From the NCBI GenBank assembly GCA_965153285.1, contig OZ229110.1: DNA of 64,000 bases. One strand, written 5' to 3'. A program made the position numbers and the translations under genes. How positions within the stretch are numbered: the first letter of the stretch is position 1; each line of letters starts with the position of its first letter. Origin of the DNA: Podarcis tiliguerta (taxonomy: Eukaryota). The notes below the pieces were generated by a model. That model saw nothing but the letters and a program-made list of their open reading frames with translations. It did not search any database and was not told the origin of the DNA. This document shows positions 1 to 10,790 of the stretch, one piece after another.

Positions 1-36
1 ACAATAAGTAAACCTGAAAAAACACTGTGAACTTAC

Positions 37-3000
37 CACTCTCCATGACGACGTTTACAGCCACTGTGCTTATATCTTTAGTACATACAGCCTGAGGTTC
101 CTCGCTGGGAGCAGTATAGGTGCTCAGTCCAGTCAGTTTGTTGATGTATACCATCCTACCCAACGAAGCATCAAACTGCTGAAACCATTCGGAATGATAC
201 AACTGTGGCTCTTCCTCCTCGGCTGCACTTGAGTCATCTGCAGCGTCCTCCATATTGCCAGTCAAGTTCACATTTTGCAGTTCAGAGGCTTTTCCAGCTT
301 GCTTTATAAATCCATCCACAACGCCTGTATTTTCACAGGAGCCTTCAGAATCAGCCCCTTTATTGGACAAAGCTAAACTTCTGTTTGGGGAAACTGCATA
401 TTCCCCATCAGTGTCAATGAAACAATGGTTGACATTATCTTCCGCGTTCCCAGGTCTTGTGCTAGAGATTCCTACAGGATCACCCTGCTCATCAGAGGCT
501 GAAGCAAAAGAAAAACCCTCCGCTCCTGTTTTTCTTGGGGAAATTTGAGGTATTTGGCAAGCACTGTGCAAAAGATTATTTTGAGATAGGTGGTCATGTC
601 TGACTTCATCTTTTTGGCTTGAATGTGCTTGGGATTGTTCTGAAGTATGCCCTAAAGGTTCTGTAGTTAAAGTTTCTATAAGGCAGTCCTTCATTCTAGA
701 TACTTTAGAGGCAAGTGTTCCTGTGAAGTTAGCGTCAGAAAGAGGTTTATTTTTTATCTGAGAGTATTCTGTCAGTGTCAGAGGACTCTCCCTTATATGA
801 ACAGCTTCTCCATGTAATAGACTTTCTTCTATGGAATGCTGAGATCTTTCTAAAGAAAAAAGGCAATCATGACCACTGTTATTAGACACAAAATGTTCCT
901 GAGTTGGAATTTCACAAGTATTAGAGTTCTGAAAATTTGTATTCTCATTAGTGGGATACCTGCCACAGGCTGGCCTTTTAACCTCACTCTTTTCCGCATC
1001 AGTTGTTGGCGTATTCTTTAAGTTCCCATAATGTCTTCTGAATCTATCTAATGATCCCAGCTTTGGATGCAAGCTTAGTTTTGTAAAGCCACAGGGTCTA
1101 GGCCTAACTGAAGGCTCAATCATTTCCCTAGTCCGCGTTGCACTGTCTAGATGATGAACAGGACCTGAAGGTGCCTTGTAAATAAATTCTTTGACATGTG
1201 ATGTTACAAAGTCAACACTACCATGTGGAGGAAAAGAAACTACCTCAGTCTTTTGACCCGACATGTTCTTCTTCCTCATACATTTGTTTCCAATGGCAGC
1301 ACAGGTCCTCAAATTTTCTTCAGCACTTGGAGTTTTCTCTGAAAACTCTAGCTTTTTCCCAAATATATCCTTGGCACTTATTGGACCCAGTTGTGTCTGT
1401 CTGTCTAATGAACTGTTAATTTCTGTTGTTTTGTGAGGCGGCAGGTTTTGCATCAGATGTGTTATAAGGCCTGTGGAACACAACTTAATTTTTTTCCTTC
1501 CCATTACCACTTCTCCATTGACATTTGATCCTGCAGAAGATTCCCTACCTGTCACTGGCTTATATTTTCCTATCAATCCGTGTCCAAGAAGAGATTCACC
1601 TTCAAACTCATTAACATCTTCCATAGATTCAATACGTCTCAGAGTGACAGTGCTGGGGTTACTTTCCTGAAGGGCTCTGTCTTGTTGCCTATTTGCACAG
1701 TTATCATGTTTCTCAGTACAAAGTGAAGTAGAAGCATACGTGTCTATTTCTAAAGCAACTGTCCTGTCCTGTTCGCTGATTTCTTCTGAACACTTGGAAT
1801 TAATTGGCTCAACAGGGAGATTATCAGAAATGTTTGATTCTTGGTGTAGGTTACCCAACTTTGGCAAGCTGGGAATTGTGCCATTTTTGTCAGGCAGACG
1901 ATTCTTCACATTACTGCTACTCAGATCATGAACAGGTCCAGCACTAGTCAAATCTGAGCCAGCATCTATTTCCTCCAAATTGTTAGTTGGTGCTGTGTGG
2001 TCTGATGTCTTATTTTCATGAATTAATTTCCTTTTGACAGACTTTGACTGCAGATTAAACATTTCATAAGAATCCACAATATTATCAGAAGCTCTCTTGA
2101 AACTCTCCTGCAAGTCCTTCTCCTCAAGGAGAGATGGGTGTGAATCTACAGTTTTAACTAAACAAAAGTCATTGTTTTCATTAAATTCTTTAACGTCTTC
2201 ACCACACAGCTCAATAAATAAATGTTCTCGCTTTAAAAAATATTTTACTCCTTCCTCAATGCAATCTAGGAGAGCATTCCAGTTGTGAAACTCTATTAGA
2301 GTTTTTGCAGGTTCCAAACACACATCATACGCATCATATGGACATTTCACATTGATGATAAAGACTCCATAGAGCTCTGGGCCAGAGCGCTGACGAGCAG
2401 GACTTGAAGTAGAAGACCCACTTTTTGTCTTACATATAATGCTTTGTTTTCTTAATAAAAAGTCAATAAGTTTATGCAATCTTGTTTTTAATACCAATCT
2501 ATTATTCACATATAGAAACTGAATATTCTTATTGTAATGCCCTTCAGAACTGATAAAACCACTTATCTCGAATCCTGCAGATTTATAATTTATTTCTCGT
2601 AATTTCTGGGATCTACCTAGATCATAAATCTGAGAAAACCGAGATCGTGTATCTTTTGTCTTTGGTAACTGAAGCACCATTGAACAGGAAGCATCATTCC
2701 TTAAAGAAAATGAGATGGAGGGATGAATAAGTGAAAGAGCCTCTACTTTATGCCTCACTCTCTCAAATTCCAATCTGGAATCCATGCACTTTCTTCTCAC
2801 AGGTAATTGGTGGAATAAATTGTATGCAGTCACCGTTGTTCCAGCACTTGGTCTATTCAATTCTGTTTCAGAGACTTCCAGTCCTTTTCCATTGTGAAAC
2901 AGTTTCAGGAAGGTTTTTGCTACCTTATTTGTCTTGGATGATATTTCCAATATACTGGCCATGTTTGCTATGCTTGCCAAAGCTTCTCCACGGAAGCCAT

Positions 3001-3268
3001 AAAACTTTAGATTTTCTAGGTCTTCCACTGAGTAGCATTTACTGGTAAAATACCTATTTCCCACTTTGTTGAGGTCATCTCTTCCCATCCCACTGCCATT
3101 ATCCACCACCTGGACTTTAAAAGTTTCCATATCCAATCGGACAGCCACACATGTTGCTTTAGCATCTATGCTGTTAAGGACAAGCTCCTCAACACATTGG
3201 CCTAGTGAGTTGATGGCCACTCCAGACCGCAAGCTGGTTTGCACTTCTTCAGCCAAGCATTTGATCAT
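37..3268 (-). CDS. MLH3: MutL homolog 3, large first coding exon (gene continues beyond the left edge)
   Basis: Reverse translation from ATG 3268: MIKCLAEEVQTSLRSGVAINSLGQCVEELVLNSIDAKATCVAVRLDMETFKVQVVDNGSGMGRDDL...FYGFRGEALASI (MutL GHKL ATPase motifs). Ends ...STVAVNVVMES G|GTAAGT (donor 36-31). Acceptor TTCTTATAG| places the exon start at 3332. 3232 nt, phase 1. Confidence 0.96.
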
Positions 3269-4289
3269 CACAAAAGTGGAAGGATGAAAACCTCAGGAGA
3301 CTGGATATGTACTGCCACTTTCTTTGAATCCCCTATAAGAAAACAGAGTGAAAACAACCAAAAGCTTAATAGATATATTTAGCCAGACTCCTCATAAATT
3401 CCTTAACATTTCCCTAGTTTGTTTCCATGGTCATTCTTGTTGCCTTACAGCACAATCCTATATTTGCCTCCTCATAAGTAAGCCTCATAGAGGCAAATGG
3501 TGCTTAGTCCCAGTTTGCAGCATTTGTCAACAAAATTCAGTTCTCAGTTTAGATAAGTTCAGCAATTGCAGAATAGCTCCATTTGTTTCTCAGTTGATTC
3601 AACACTTCTTTATGTTCTGTCCAAACCATATGAACATGCACATATACACAAAATCCAAAGTCATCAATGCCAAAGCTAAATTATGACAAATAACTGATTT
3701 TTGGTGAATTCAAACATGTGGTTTCACAAATTAAAAACAACACACATATACATGCAGGATTGTGTCAACTTAATATGGGTGAAATTAAGCATAACTGCTG
3801 AACACTAATGCATAGTGCCATAATTTAGCTGGCACCCGAATGGTAATAAGTATACACAAACATTGTGCTTATTACAAATGTTCTAGATGGGGGCTTTATA
3901 TTGTAAATGGGGCATTAGCAACATTTTTAACCTACTGGATTTTCCACAGAAAGGGTAAATCTAAGGAAAAATTATTCTCTGGTATTTTCATGCGAAAAAC
4001 ATTACATGGATGCTGCAAAAAATAAAAATAAAAAAGAGAACTGATTCCACAATAAACACTTATCTGGAAGCCTCCAAAAACTGTACAGTCCATTCAGACT
4101 AGTTACACACAGTGTGTAGCTAGTGTGGTGTTGGCTTTGAGAGGATGCATAAAGTTAAAAAATGAAAAAGGAAGCACCAGCTAGCCACTGCTTCCTTTGC
4201 TTCTTGGTTACTGCAATGCCAACTCCCATTGCTTAGGCCAGTATTTGCAGAGCAGGTATAGAGTCATTGTTAAAATACTGGCTGAAGCA

Positions 4290-4390
4290 CAAGTTCAAAA
4301 CTATCCTCAGTTTTGACACTCACTTAGGAGATCTTGGGCCAGTCACCCACTCTCAGTCTATCCCACCTCATGGGACTGCTGTTGTGCCAA
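4290..4390 (+). mobile_element. tRNA-derived (MIR/CORE-like squamate) SINE fragment
   Basis: TTGGGCCAGTCAC..CTCTCAGTCTATCCCACCTCATGGGACTGCTGTTGTG matches the reverse complement of the SINE copy at 55470-55647. Confidence 0.55.
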
Positions 4391-4479
4391 CCAGGGTTTG
4401 AGAAATAGAATAAAGAAGTACCTAGAAGGATTTGAATAAAGCCAATGCACTTTTAAAAATACAATTAAGACCCCTTGTG

Positions 4480-5110
4480 AAGCGATTCCAGCTGATGAGG
4501 GGAAGGGGGGGTATATACCCGCCTCTTTGCCTCGACTAAAGCAAGACTTTGGGGTGACCAAAGCTGGAGAGAAAAGCAGGTGCTCCAGACTTTATAAAGA
4601 CAAAGTAGATAGCGGTTGGGCTGCCCCGGGTAAACCACTGGCCGGACTCTGTCTCCTCCCTCCTTGCATCCCAGGCGTGGTCGCAACAGACCCGCTTCTC
4701 CTCCTCGCTCCGCCTCCCGCAACCGGACAAGGCACCAATCCACATCCGTGGCAGCCAAATCGACTTGCATCTCCCGCCGCCTCAGCTGGTGAAATTAACT
4801 GTCAGGCACCACCTGAAAACTCGACGGCGGCAGCGCTGAGGAGGGAGGCCTGTCGTTGTTGTTCTTGCTACTGCTGCTGCTCAACAGCCACCGGCGAAAG
4901 TATCGGGACACCGATTCCCCGCGTACAGAAACACGTTGCAATGCACCCTGGGTATTGTAGTCTTTTCGAAACTCTCATTCTCCAGCCCCGCTGGTAGGAT
5001 CCTTTGCGTTTGCCGCACATAGTCTGTGTTGGACGGAAGGGCCGATAAGTCAGCCCTGCAAAAGCGGCGTGGAATAAGTAGCAGCAAAAGAAAACTGTAG
5101 GCAAGGGAGC
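4480..5110 (-). promoter_or_regulatory. MLH3: CpG island: probable MLH3 promoter and non-coding exon 1
   Basis: CpG-rich segment about 1.2-1.8 kb upstream of the MLH3 coding-exon acceptor. E2F-like TTTGCCGC at 5009-5016. The exon-1 donor was not identified with certainty. Confidence 0.7.
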
Positions 5111-5149
5111 AAAGGAACTCAGAAAATTTGTTTCTAGCGCTGTGCATTC

Positions 5150-5265
5150 TTTCCATCCGATGAACTGGGCTCTAAGCCATGAAAGCTGATAACATAATAA
5201 AATTTATTAGCCTTTAAGATGCAATGATAGTGTTTTAGCTGAACAGACTAATGCAGCTGCCTCTG
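5150..5265 (+). mobile_element. Penelope-like element terminal-repeat remnant with degenerate hammerhead core
   Basis: CATCCGATGA-stem-GAAAGCT..AATAAAATTTATTAGCCTTTAAG..AACAGACTAA resembles the reptile Penelope-type terminal repeat (recognised from memory). Confidence 0.55.
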
Positions 5266-5446
5266 TGAAAATTATTCAGAGGCCAAGGCAAATCAGGGGA
5301 TGAATGTTGGGTTTGAAATGGAGCCTTTTTTGTGCTCTTTAAATTCATCAGATCTGAGCATTAGCTATATAGCCTTCTCAATGCAGTACAGACTGCATAC
5401 ACATGAAGTGTTTGTATACCAGCTTTATATGGATAGGCTCCACTTT

Positions 5447-5700
5447 TAAGAATGTAAGAGCCTTGCTAGATCAGGCCAAAGGCCTGTCTAGTCAAGTAAC
5501 CAGTGTGGCCAAGCACATACCAATGGGAAGCCTACAAGTGAGAAGTGAATGCAACAGCACTCTTCCCACATGTGATTCCCAGCAACAGGCATTCAGAGAC
5601 ATATAGCCTCCAATAGTGGAGATAGAACATAGACTTCATGGTTAGTAAGTAGTCTTTGATTATCCTTTCCTCCAGGGATGATTCATTCCACCAGTTTTGC
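5447..5700 (-). mobile_element. CR1 LINE 3' end fragment
   Basis: TAAGAATGTAAGAGCCTTGCTAGATCAGGCCAAAGGCCTGTCTAGTC is the reverse complement of a CR1 3' tail. Same family as 56270-56462. Confidence 0.65.
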
Positions 5701-5799
5701 CAAAGGCCCAACTCCATCATGCATCTCCTACCCCTGAACTATGCAAGCTTGTCATTATAAAAACAACTGTTTTAAAAACTAGTGCCTGAGTTTGATGTG

Positions 5800-6130
5800 T
5801 TTTCCCTTCTTCCCTCCTTGCCCCTTTTCCCTTATGTGTTGTGGCTTTTTAGATTGTAGGCAGAGGCGAATTTTGGGCAGTGCAATGGGTTCCACCGCAC
5901 TGGAGGCCGCTGCAGGGCTTTGCAACTATAACATAGGGAATTGAGCAGAACCAAAGGTGAGAGGCCAAGGTGGTGCCAGATTTTGGCCTTGCACAGGGTG
6001 CCACTGACATTTTAAAGACCAAAGTCTGCCATTGTTGTAAGCCTGTAGACAGGGGCTGTCTTGTTTTAATTGATTGTATGTAAAGCCACTCTGGGAGCCT
6101 TGTTGATTTAAGAGCAGGGTATAAATGCTC
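5800..6130 (+). mobile_element. L2 LINE 3' end, interrupted by a degenerate MITE (about 5861-6034)
   Basis: TAGATTGTAG...TTGTAAGCC...AGAGCAGGGTATAAAT L2-type tail. The insert has degenerate inverted ends CAGAGGCGAATTT / AAAGTCTGCCATTG. Confidence 0.45.
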
Positions 6131-6230
6131 TAAACTTTTTTTGGCATCTGACTGTCTCAAGAGACAATGGAGTGCACCTCCAGGGGGTGATGTTAAATAA
6201 ATAAATTAATAAACAAACCTAAGCATACAC

Positions 6231-6236
6231 TTTATT
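6231..6236 (-). terminator. ACYP1: Probable ACYP1 polyadenylation signal AATAAA
   Basis: TTTATT on the + strand about 200 nt beyond the ACYP1 stop, in an AT-rich 3' UTR. Confidence 0.6.
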
Positions 6237-6436
6237 AACAACTCTTAACACATCAAGTTCTTAGAACATTCAGTGTAACCAATGTAATCACAATGTAAAT
6301 AAATAATTTAAATATATAGTTAAAAGTGAATAAATCTGCACATAAACAATTAATATAAAAACTAAAGGGAGCACTTTCTTCCCAATGGGCTTATTGCTCT
6401 TACTATAAATATAGTGCTTTTCCCTCTGGGACACTA

Positions 6437-6652
6437 TTATTTGACAATACAAAAGTCACTATGCTCTAAACGAGCAATCTTCTTCTCATTGCGGAATTCA
6501 GCTCTGTCGATGCGGGACTTGGGGCTTCCTGTCTTCTGAAGCCATTCTTGAAGTTGTCGCACCTTGACAGTAGGACCTTGGATTTGGCCTTGCACAGTGC
6601 CATAGTCAGTATTCTGCACCCAGCCAACGACACCCAACTTCTTTCCTTCCGT
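6437..6652 (-). CDS. ACYP1: Acylphosphatase 1, last coding exon
   Basis: TTTTTAG|ACG GAA GGA: [27 protein letters not shown]...[13 protein letters not shown]...DFCIVK*. With the 28-codon first coding exon this gives 99 aa. Confidence 0.96.
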   Translation of the reverse strand, partial: TEGKKLGVVGWVQNTDYGTVQGQIQGPTVKVRQLQEWLQKTGSPKSRIDRAEFRNEKKIARLEHSDFCIVK

Positions 6653-7366
6653 CTAAAAATATATATAAAGATGCAATTTATATGCTGGAAAAAGAAATAA
6701 TAATACGCTGCCTTGTGGGACATAGTTGAGAGAAGGAAAGGCTAAGGAGTAAACACTATACAAATCCAGAGTGGAGTCCCTAAGACAGTCGGATGGCGCC
6801 TTGTACGCTCCTTCCGGCAGCTCCTGCAGCCATGTTGGTGCGAAACATATTGCTTTCCTTTCCTTTAGACCACATCAACAAGGCCAAAAGGAGTGTCTTT
6901 TTGTCTAGGCAGCCCAGGACCTCCATATACACTGCCAGGCTTGCGCCCCAGGGAGGTCACTTCAGTGCTACTAACACAGCAAAAACAACACAGGAGGCAG
7001 CAGTTAAGAGTTACAGGTCTCTGCTGCCACAGCAGGCACTGTAATTCTGCAGCAGTTTGGCTTCACCTCCGGAACAGCATTCCGTTGTCAACATATATAT
7101 GCAGACAAACACACACACACACACTGTAATTAGTCTGAATAGAAAGGAAACTACAGAATATATTTGCATAGCAACCAATACCAATGAAGAAAGAAATAGC
7201 CACTGTTTAAAATCCAGGCCTTTTGACAATACAAACTGAGGATCAGCGTGGTTTACTCTTAAATAAATGGACTGGAGATAGGGCTGTAGCCCAAGGCTGT
7301 GTCCACATAGCCAGTTTAGAACACAGCTAGGGATAGATACAGTTGTGGCCAAGTAGTGTATGTATC

Positions 7367-7674
7367 ATGGTGCTGGATGAGACTCTTGAGAGTCCCATGG
7401 ACTGCAAGAAGATCAAACCTATCCATTCTTAAGGAAATCAGCCCTGAGTGCTCACTGGAAGGACAGATCCTGAAGCTGAGGCTCCAATACTTTGGCCACC
7501 TCATGAGAAGAGAAGACTCCCTGGAAAAGACCCTGATGTTGGGAAAGATGGAGGGCACAAGGAGAAGGGGACGACAGAGGAAACTGCTGGAGGCAGTGGA
7601 AGACAGGAGTGTCTGGCGTGCTCTGGTCCATGGGGTCACGAAGAGTCGGACACAACTAAACGACTAAACAACAA
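7367..7674 (+). mobile_element. BovB (RTE-clade LINE) 5'-truncated 3' end with 12-bp TSD
   Basis: Translates WCWMRLLRVPWTARRSNLSILKEISPECSLEGQILKLRLQYFGHLMRREDSLEKTLMLGK (RTE/BovB RT C-terminus) and ends GACTAAACAACAA. AGTGTATGTATC is duplicated at 7355-7366 and 7675-7686. Confidence 0.93.
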
Positions 7675-7892
7675 AGTGTATGTATCTCAAAGAGGCAGTA
7701 GGAACGCACTGGATGCGGGAGTGTATACACAACATAATCTGCTCAGCTACCCAAGCAAAGCTTCTAAAGCGCTCATAATGCTCACGCTTTCCCCCCAATG
7801 CCTGTGTGGGAGCGCTGGGGAGGCGACCGGAAAAGTCACACACCACCTTCCCTTTGCCTACCCCAGGGGAACCTCAGACTAAGCACACCCAC

Positions 7893-7976
7893 CTGTGTGT
7901 TTTTGCGGAAAAACACCCCTTGGACTTTCCCGAACACTTCGTAGTCCACTGAAATGAGGCCGTCTCCCTCCGCCAT
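7893..7976 (-). CDS. ACYP1: Acylphosphatase 1, first coding exon
   Basis: GCCATGG Kozak context. MAEGDGLISVDYEVFGKVQGVFFRKNTQ carries the acylphosphatase GKVQGVFFR signature. Donor CAG|GTGGGT. Confidence 0.96.
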
Positions 7977-8456
7977 GGCCGCTGGCGCCTGGACCAAAAG
8001 CAGAAACGCGGTTAGGCAGAAAAGGAGACGCCGAGGGTCAGGGTCCCATATTGCCCACCCCTGCAAATGCTGGGAGAAGACGACGATAATCTCCGCAGCC
8101 TCCAACGAAGGCGCCATGGTTGTGGCGGCGACAGCGCCTCCTTGGCCCAGCGACTCTCCCAGGGAGAGAGGACCGCCTCCCACTCCGCGTGCTGCCCCAT
8201 ATTAGGGAGGGCAGAGGGCGAAGGGGCGCGGCGGGGTCAGGGCAGCCCCAACAGGCGCCGCCCGTCATTTGCATCCCCTTGGCTACAGAAGAGGGAAGGA
8301 GAGACCTGCCGATTCAGGAGCCTCTCGGCGTGTTATATCTAACAGCGCGAAGCTCCCGCCAGGCTCGTCGCCAAGGAGCGGAGCCGGTCTCCGAGCTCCC
8401 AGTCAGGAGCCAGGGGCACCTGGGCCGCACCAACCGCCACTAACGGCAAGCCTTAC

Positions 8457-8530
8457 CATGGAGCTGCCCTCGGCCCAGGTGACTAGAAGGGCCTCGGAAC
8501 ATGGAGCGGAAGTGGAGACGGTCGTCAAGG
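8457..8530 (-). other. ACYP1: Probable ACYP1 exon 1 (5' end approximate)
   Basis: Strong donor ATG|GTAAGG at 8456 inside the CpG island, upstream of the first coding exon. Confidence 0.6.
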
Positions 8531-8747
8531 AACGAGACCCGACGTCTCTTTCTCTAACCTTCCCCTCCCCCCGCCGCCTCACCGCCCCTTTTCATGCTGG
8601 AACGGCAAATAAGCTCGAACCATAGAGAGGGGACGACCATTTCCCTTAAAAATAAATAAAAATAAGTCAACGCACAGAGATATACAGACCCCAAAGATGC
8701 AGACAGGAAGCGGCGAGGACATAGCCGGATGTAGCACGCGGGCGCTC

Positions 8748-8760
8748 GTTGCTAAGCAAC
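8748..8760. promoter_or_regulatory. RFX X-box
   Basis: GTTGCT-A-AGCAAC is a perfect palindrome fitting the X-box consensus, just upstream of the putative ZC2HC1C first exon. Confidence 0.7.
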
Positions 8761-8764
8761 GGTG

Positions 8765-8810
8765 GTAAACAGCTGCCCTGAGGATCGGAGGCTACGGTAA
8801 GAAGAGGCAG
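8765..8810 (+). other. ZC2HC1C: Probable ZC2HC1C non-coding exon 1 (5' end approximate)
   Basis: Donor CAG|GTGAGA at 8811, with an alternative ACG|GTAAGA at 8797. Confidence 0.5.
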
Positions 8811-9111
8811 GTGAGAATAGGCTTGGCTTGTGGGGCTGGGGACGAGTGTCTGGAGCAGCCAGACATGCTCTGCGAGGGCGGGCGAGCAGGCAGGCCTTGA
8901 GGAGCGCGGGGGTCCAAGTTACCCTGGAGACTGAACAGGTGGGTGTGGGTGTCCCCTAACCCACTTCATCCCATTTCTCGGTGGAAGATGTTTGCTTGGC
9001 TCCTGTTGCCCCGCGTAGAACTGACCAGGCAGTCGCTTGGGGCGAGCGGTAACAGGACGCTGGGTTGAAATCTTTTAATTCTGCAGCTAACTGGCAGTCT
9101 TGTTGAAGAAT

Positions 9112-9257
9112 AAGGGGGTGGGGTGGGGACCGTGTGGCCAGTCACAAATTGTTGGTCTCCAACACCTGTCAGCCCTAGCCAGGATAGGCAAGGGGATAGT
9201 CAGGGATGATGGAGGCTGGAGTGCAACATCTGGAGGGCCGCTGGTTCCCCGCCCTTG
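9112..9257. mobile_element. hAT-type MITE (common squamate family)
   Basis: GGGGACCGTGTGGCC...CAACATCTGGAGGGCCGCTGGTTCCCCGCCCTTG with degenerate inverted termini. Halves of the same family lie at 42021-42070 and 42822-42869. Confidence 0.6.
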
Positions 9258-10790
9258 ACTTGAGGATGCAACCTCTATTAGTTTCACATAGGAATAGCTA
9301 CCATGATTTAAAAGCATTATTTTGGCAGGTATCTTGCATCAGCTTTCTGAAATTGAGGCCCATCACTTGCCAACATCTGATGAAGCTTCTACTGTAGTCT
9401 AAACAACTGTTCAGTTACATTAAGGTTAGTGTACCTGTAATGAGCTATCAAACACCTGTCAGGCCACCTTCCCATTATTAGGAATTTTGCTGATTCCATT
9501 AGGGTCAGTAGCTTCACTGACCCTAAACACTGACTTAGGTGTACACTATGTTACTGTCTTCTATTACATGAGAACTGTCATAGTGAATGAGAGCAATAGT
9601 ATATCTAGTTAAATATCCTGTATTCTAGATGCTATACGTATAGTGTCAGCTGGATGCTATATATAGAACTTTATCCATTTTATTTAGTCTGCTGCCTTTG
9701 GTAGTCAAAACTTTTCATAAGCTTAGGTTGGTGCACCAGTTGAACAGATAGCTTGATCACAGTTGTCCATACCCTGATATAATCTAGGGTTGACGGATGT
9801 GAGATACTTTTGAGTATTGGTAATTTCAGTTGGTTCAGCATACTTTCTGATCATTTTGAACATATTTCAAGTGTATTTAAAAACTTCACTGGCTGCTCAT
9901 CAATTTCTGAGTGCTGGTGCTTATCTTTAAATGGCTTGATACCCAGGTACCTGAAGTAAAACTTGCTCCCATGTCAGCGTTCCTGTGCTTATCCTCTTTG
10001 GAGGCTCTCTTCTAGATACCCCCACCATTTGAAGTAGGGAGGATGGAGAACAGAGAGGGGCTTCTTGGTTGTCTATGAAATTCCCTCTCCAGAGAATTTT
10101 GTCTGACACCATTATTACTATCCTTTAGCAGTAGGTAAAGGCTACATTCAAATAGCTTGTTTGTTAAAAGCTTATTAAATAATTGGGTAGCAGAAGCAAT
10201 ATTAGAGAAGTGTTGTGGATCAAAGCTGTAGACAGAAGACCAAGCGTGAACAGGTTTCCTTGCGCTAACCTTGAATCTGGGGTGGGATAGTGGATTGCAT
10301 CAAGTTATGAATCTCCCCACCACCATTTATTAAAGTCTTTGTAAAAGGCTTTCTGTGCAGATATAATGGTTTGATCCCTCCCTCTGCCAGTCCATTTTAA
10401 GAGAGGAAAGGAAAGGACTGGAAAACTTGATACACTGTTGACTTCTTGTCCCCTTTTCTACACCATTCCTCCTCCCTTAGGCCCTGATGTCAACACAGAA
10501 ATTTCTAATGGCATAGGGTCCCCAAGTTTGCCTGGTGCACTTACAACATTTGCACAGATTTAAGGATTCTGGATATTGTGCTGATACAATGTCAGGCCCA
10601 TATGCAATATTCTGTCATCTTCCCCATATGCCAGTGCTGTTTCCATCACTGAAAAGCAAGGGCCCCTGTAAAGGCCCCCTAGAGCTGCTTTCCCCTATTA
10701 TAGTAGGGGAAAGGGATTCTAGCATGAGGGCCCCAATCATAGCATGTATGTAACTTGTTGCATTCCCCCAGGCTTTACTGGAAATGCTGA

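Larger units (their letters stand above)
7960..9070. promoter_or_regulatory. CpG island, bidirectional ACYP1/ZC2HC1C promoter
   Basis: High CpG density. Divergent first-exon donors at 8456 (-) and 8797/8811 (+). ETS motif CGGAAGT at 8507-8513. Confidence 0.8.

Noticed and set aside
255-3287. Several plus-strand ORFs of 60-105 aa
   Set aside because: Antisense shadows of the MLH3 coding exon with no recognisable domains.
4358-5156. Overlapping ORFs up to 156 aa
   Set aside because: Expected in a GC-rich CpG island with few stops; no homology recognised.
7316-7882. ORFs of 103-144 aa
   Set aside because: Derived from the BovB fragment, not host genes.
3332-7893. ACYP1-MLH3 read-through fusion protein
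   Set aside because: The ACYP1 donor is phase 0 and the MLH3 acceptor lies 64 nt before its ATG, so the fusion is out of frame.
9723-9735. TTAGGTTGGTGCA resembling a mariner (Hsmar1/MADE1) terminus
   Set aside because: No partner TIR found; likely chance.
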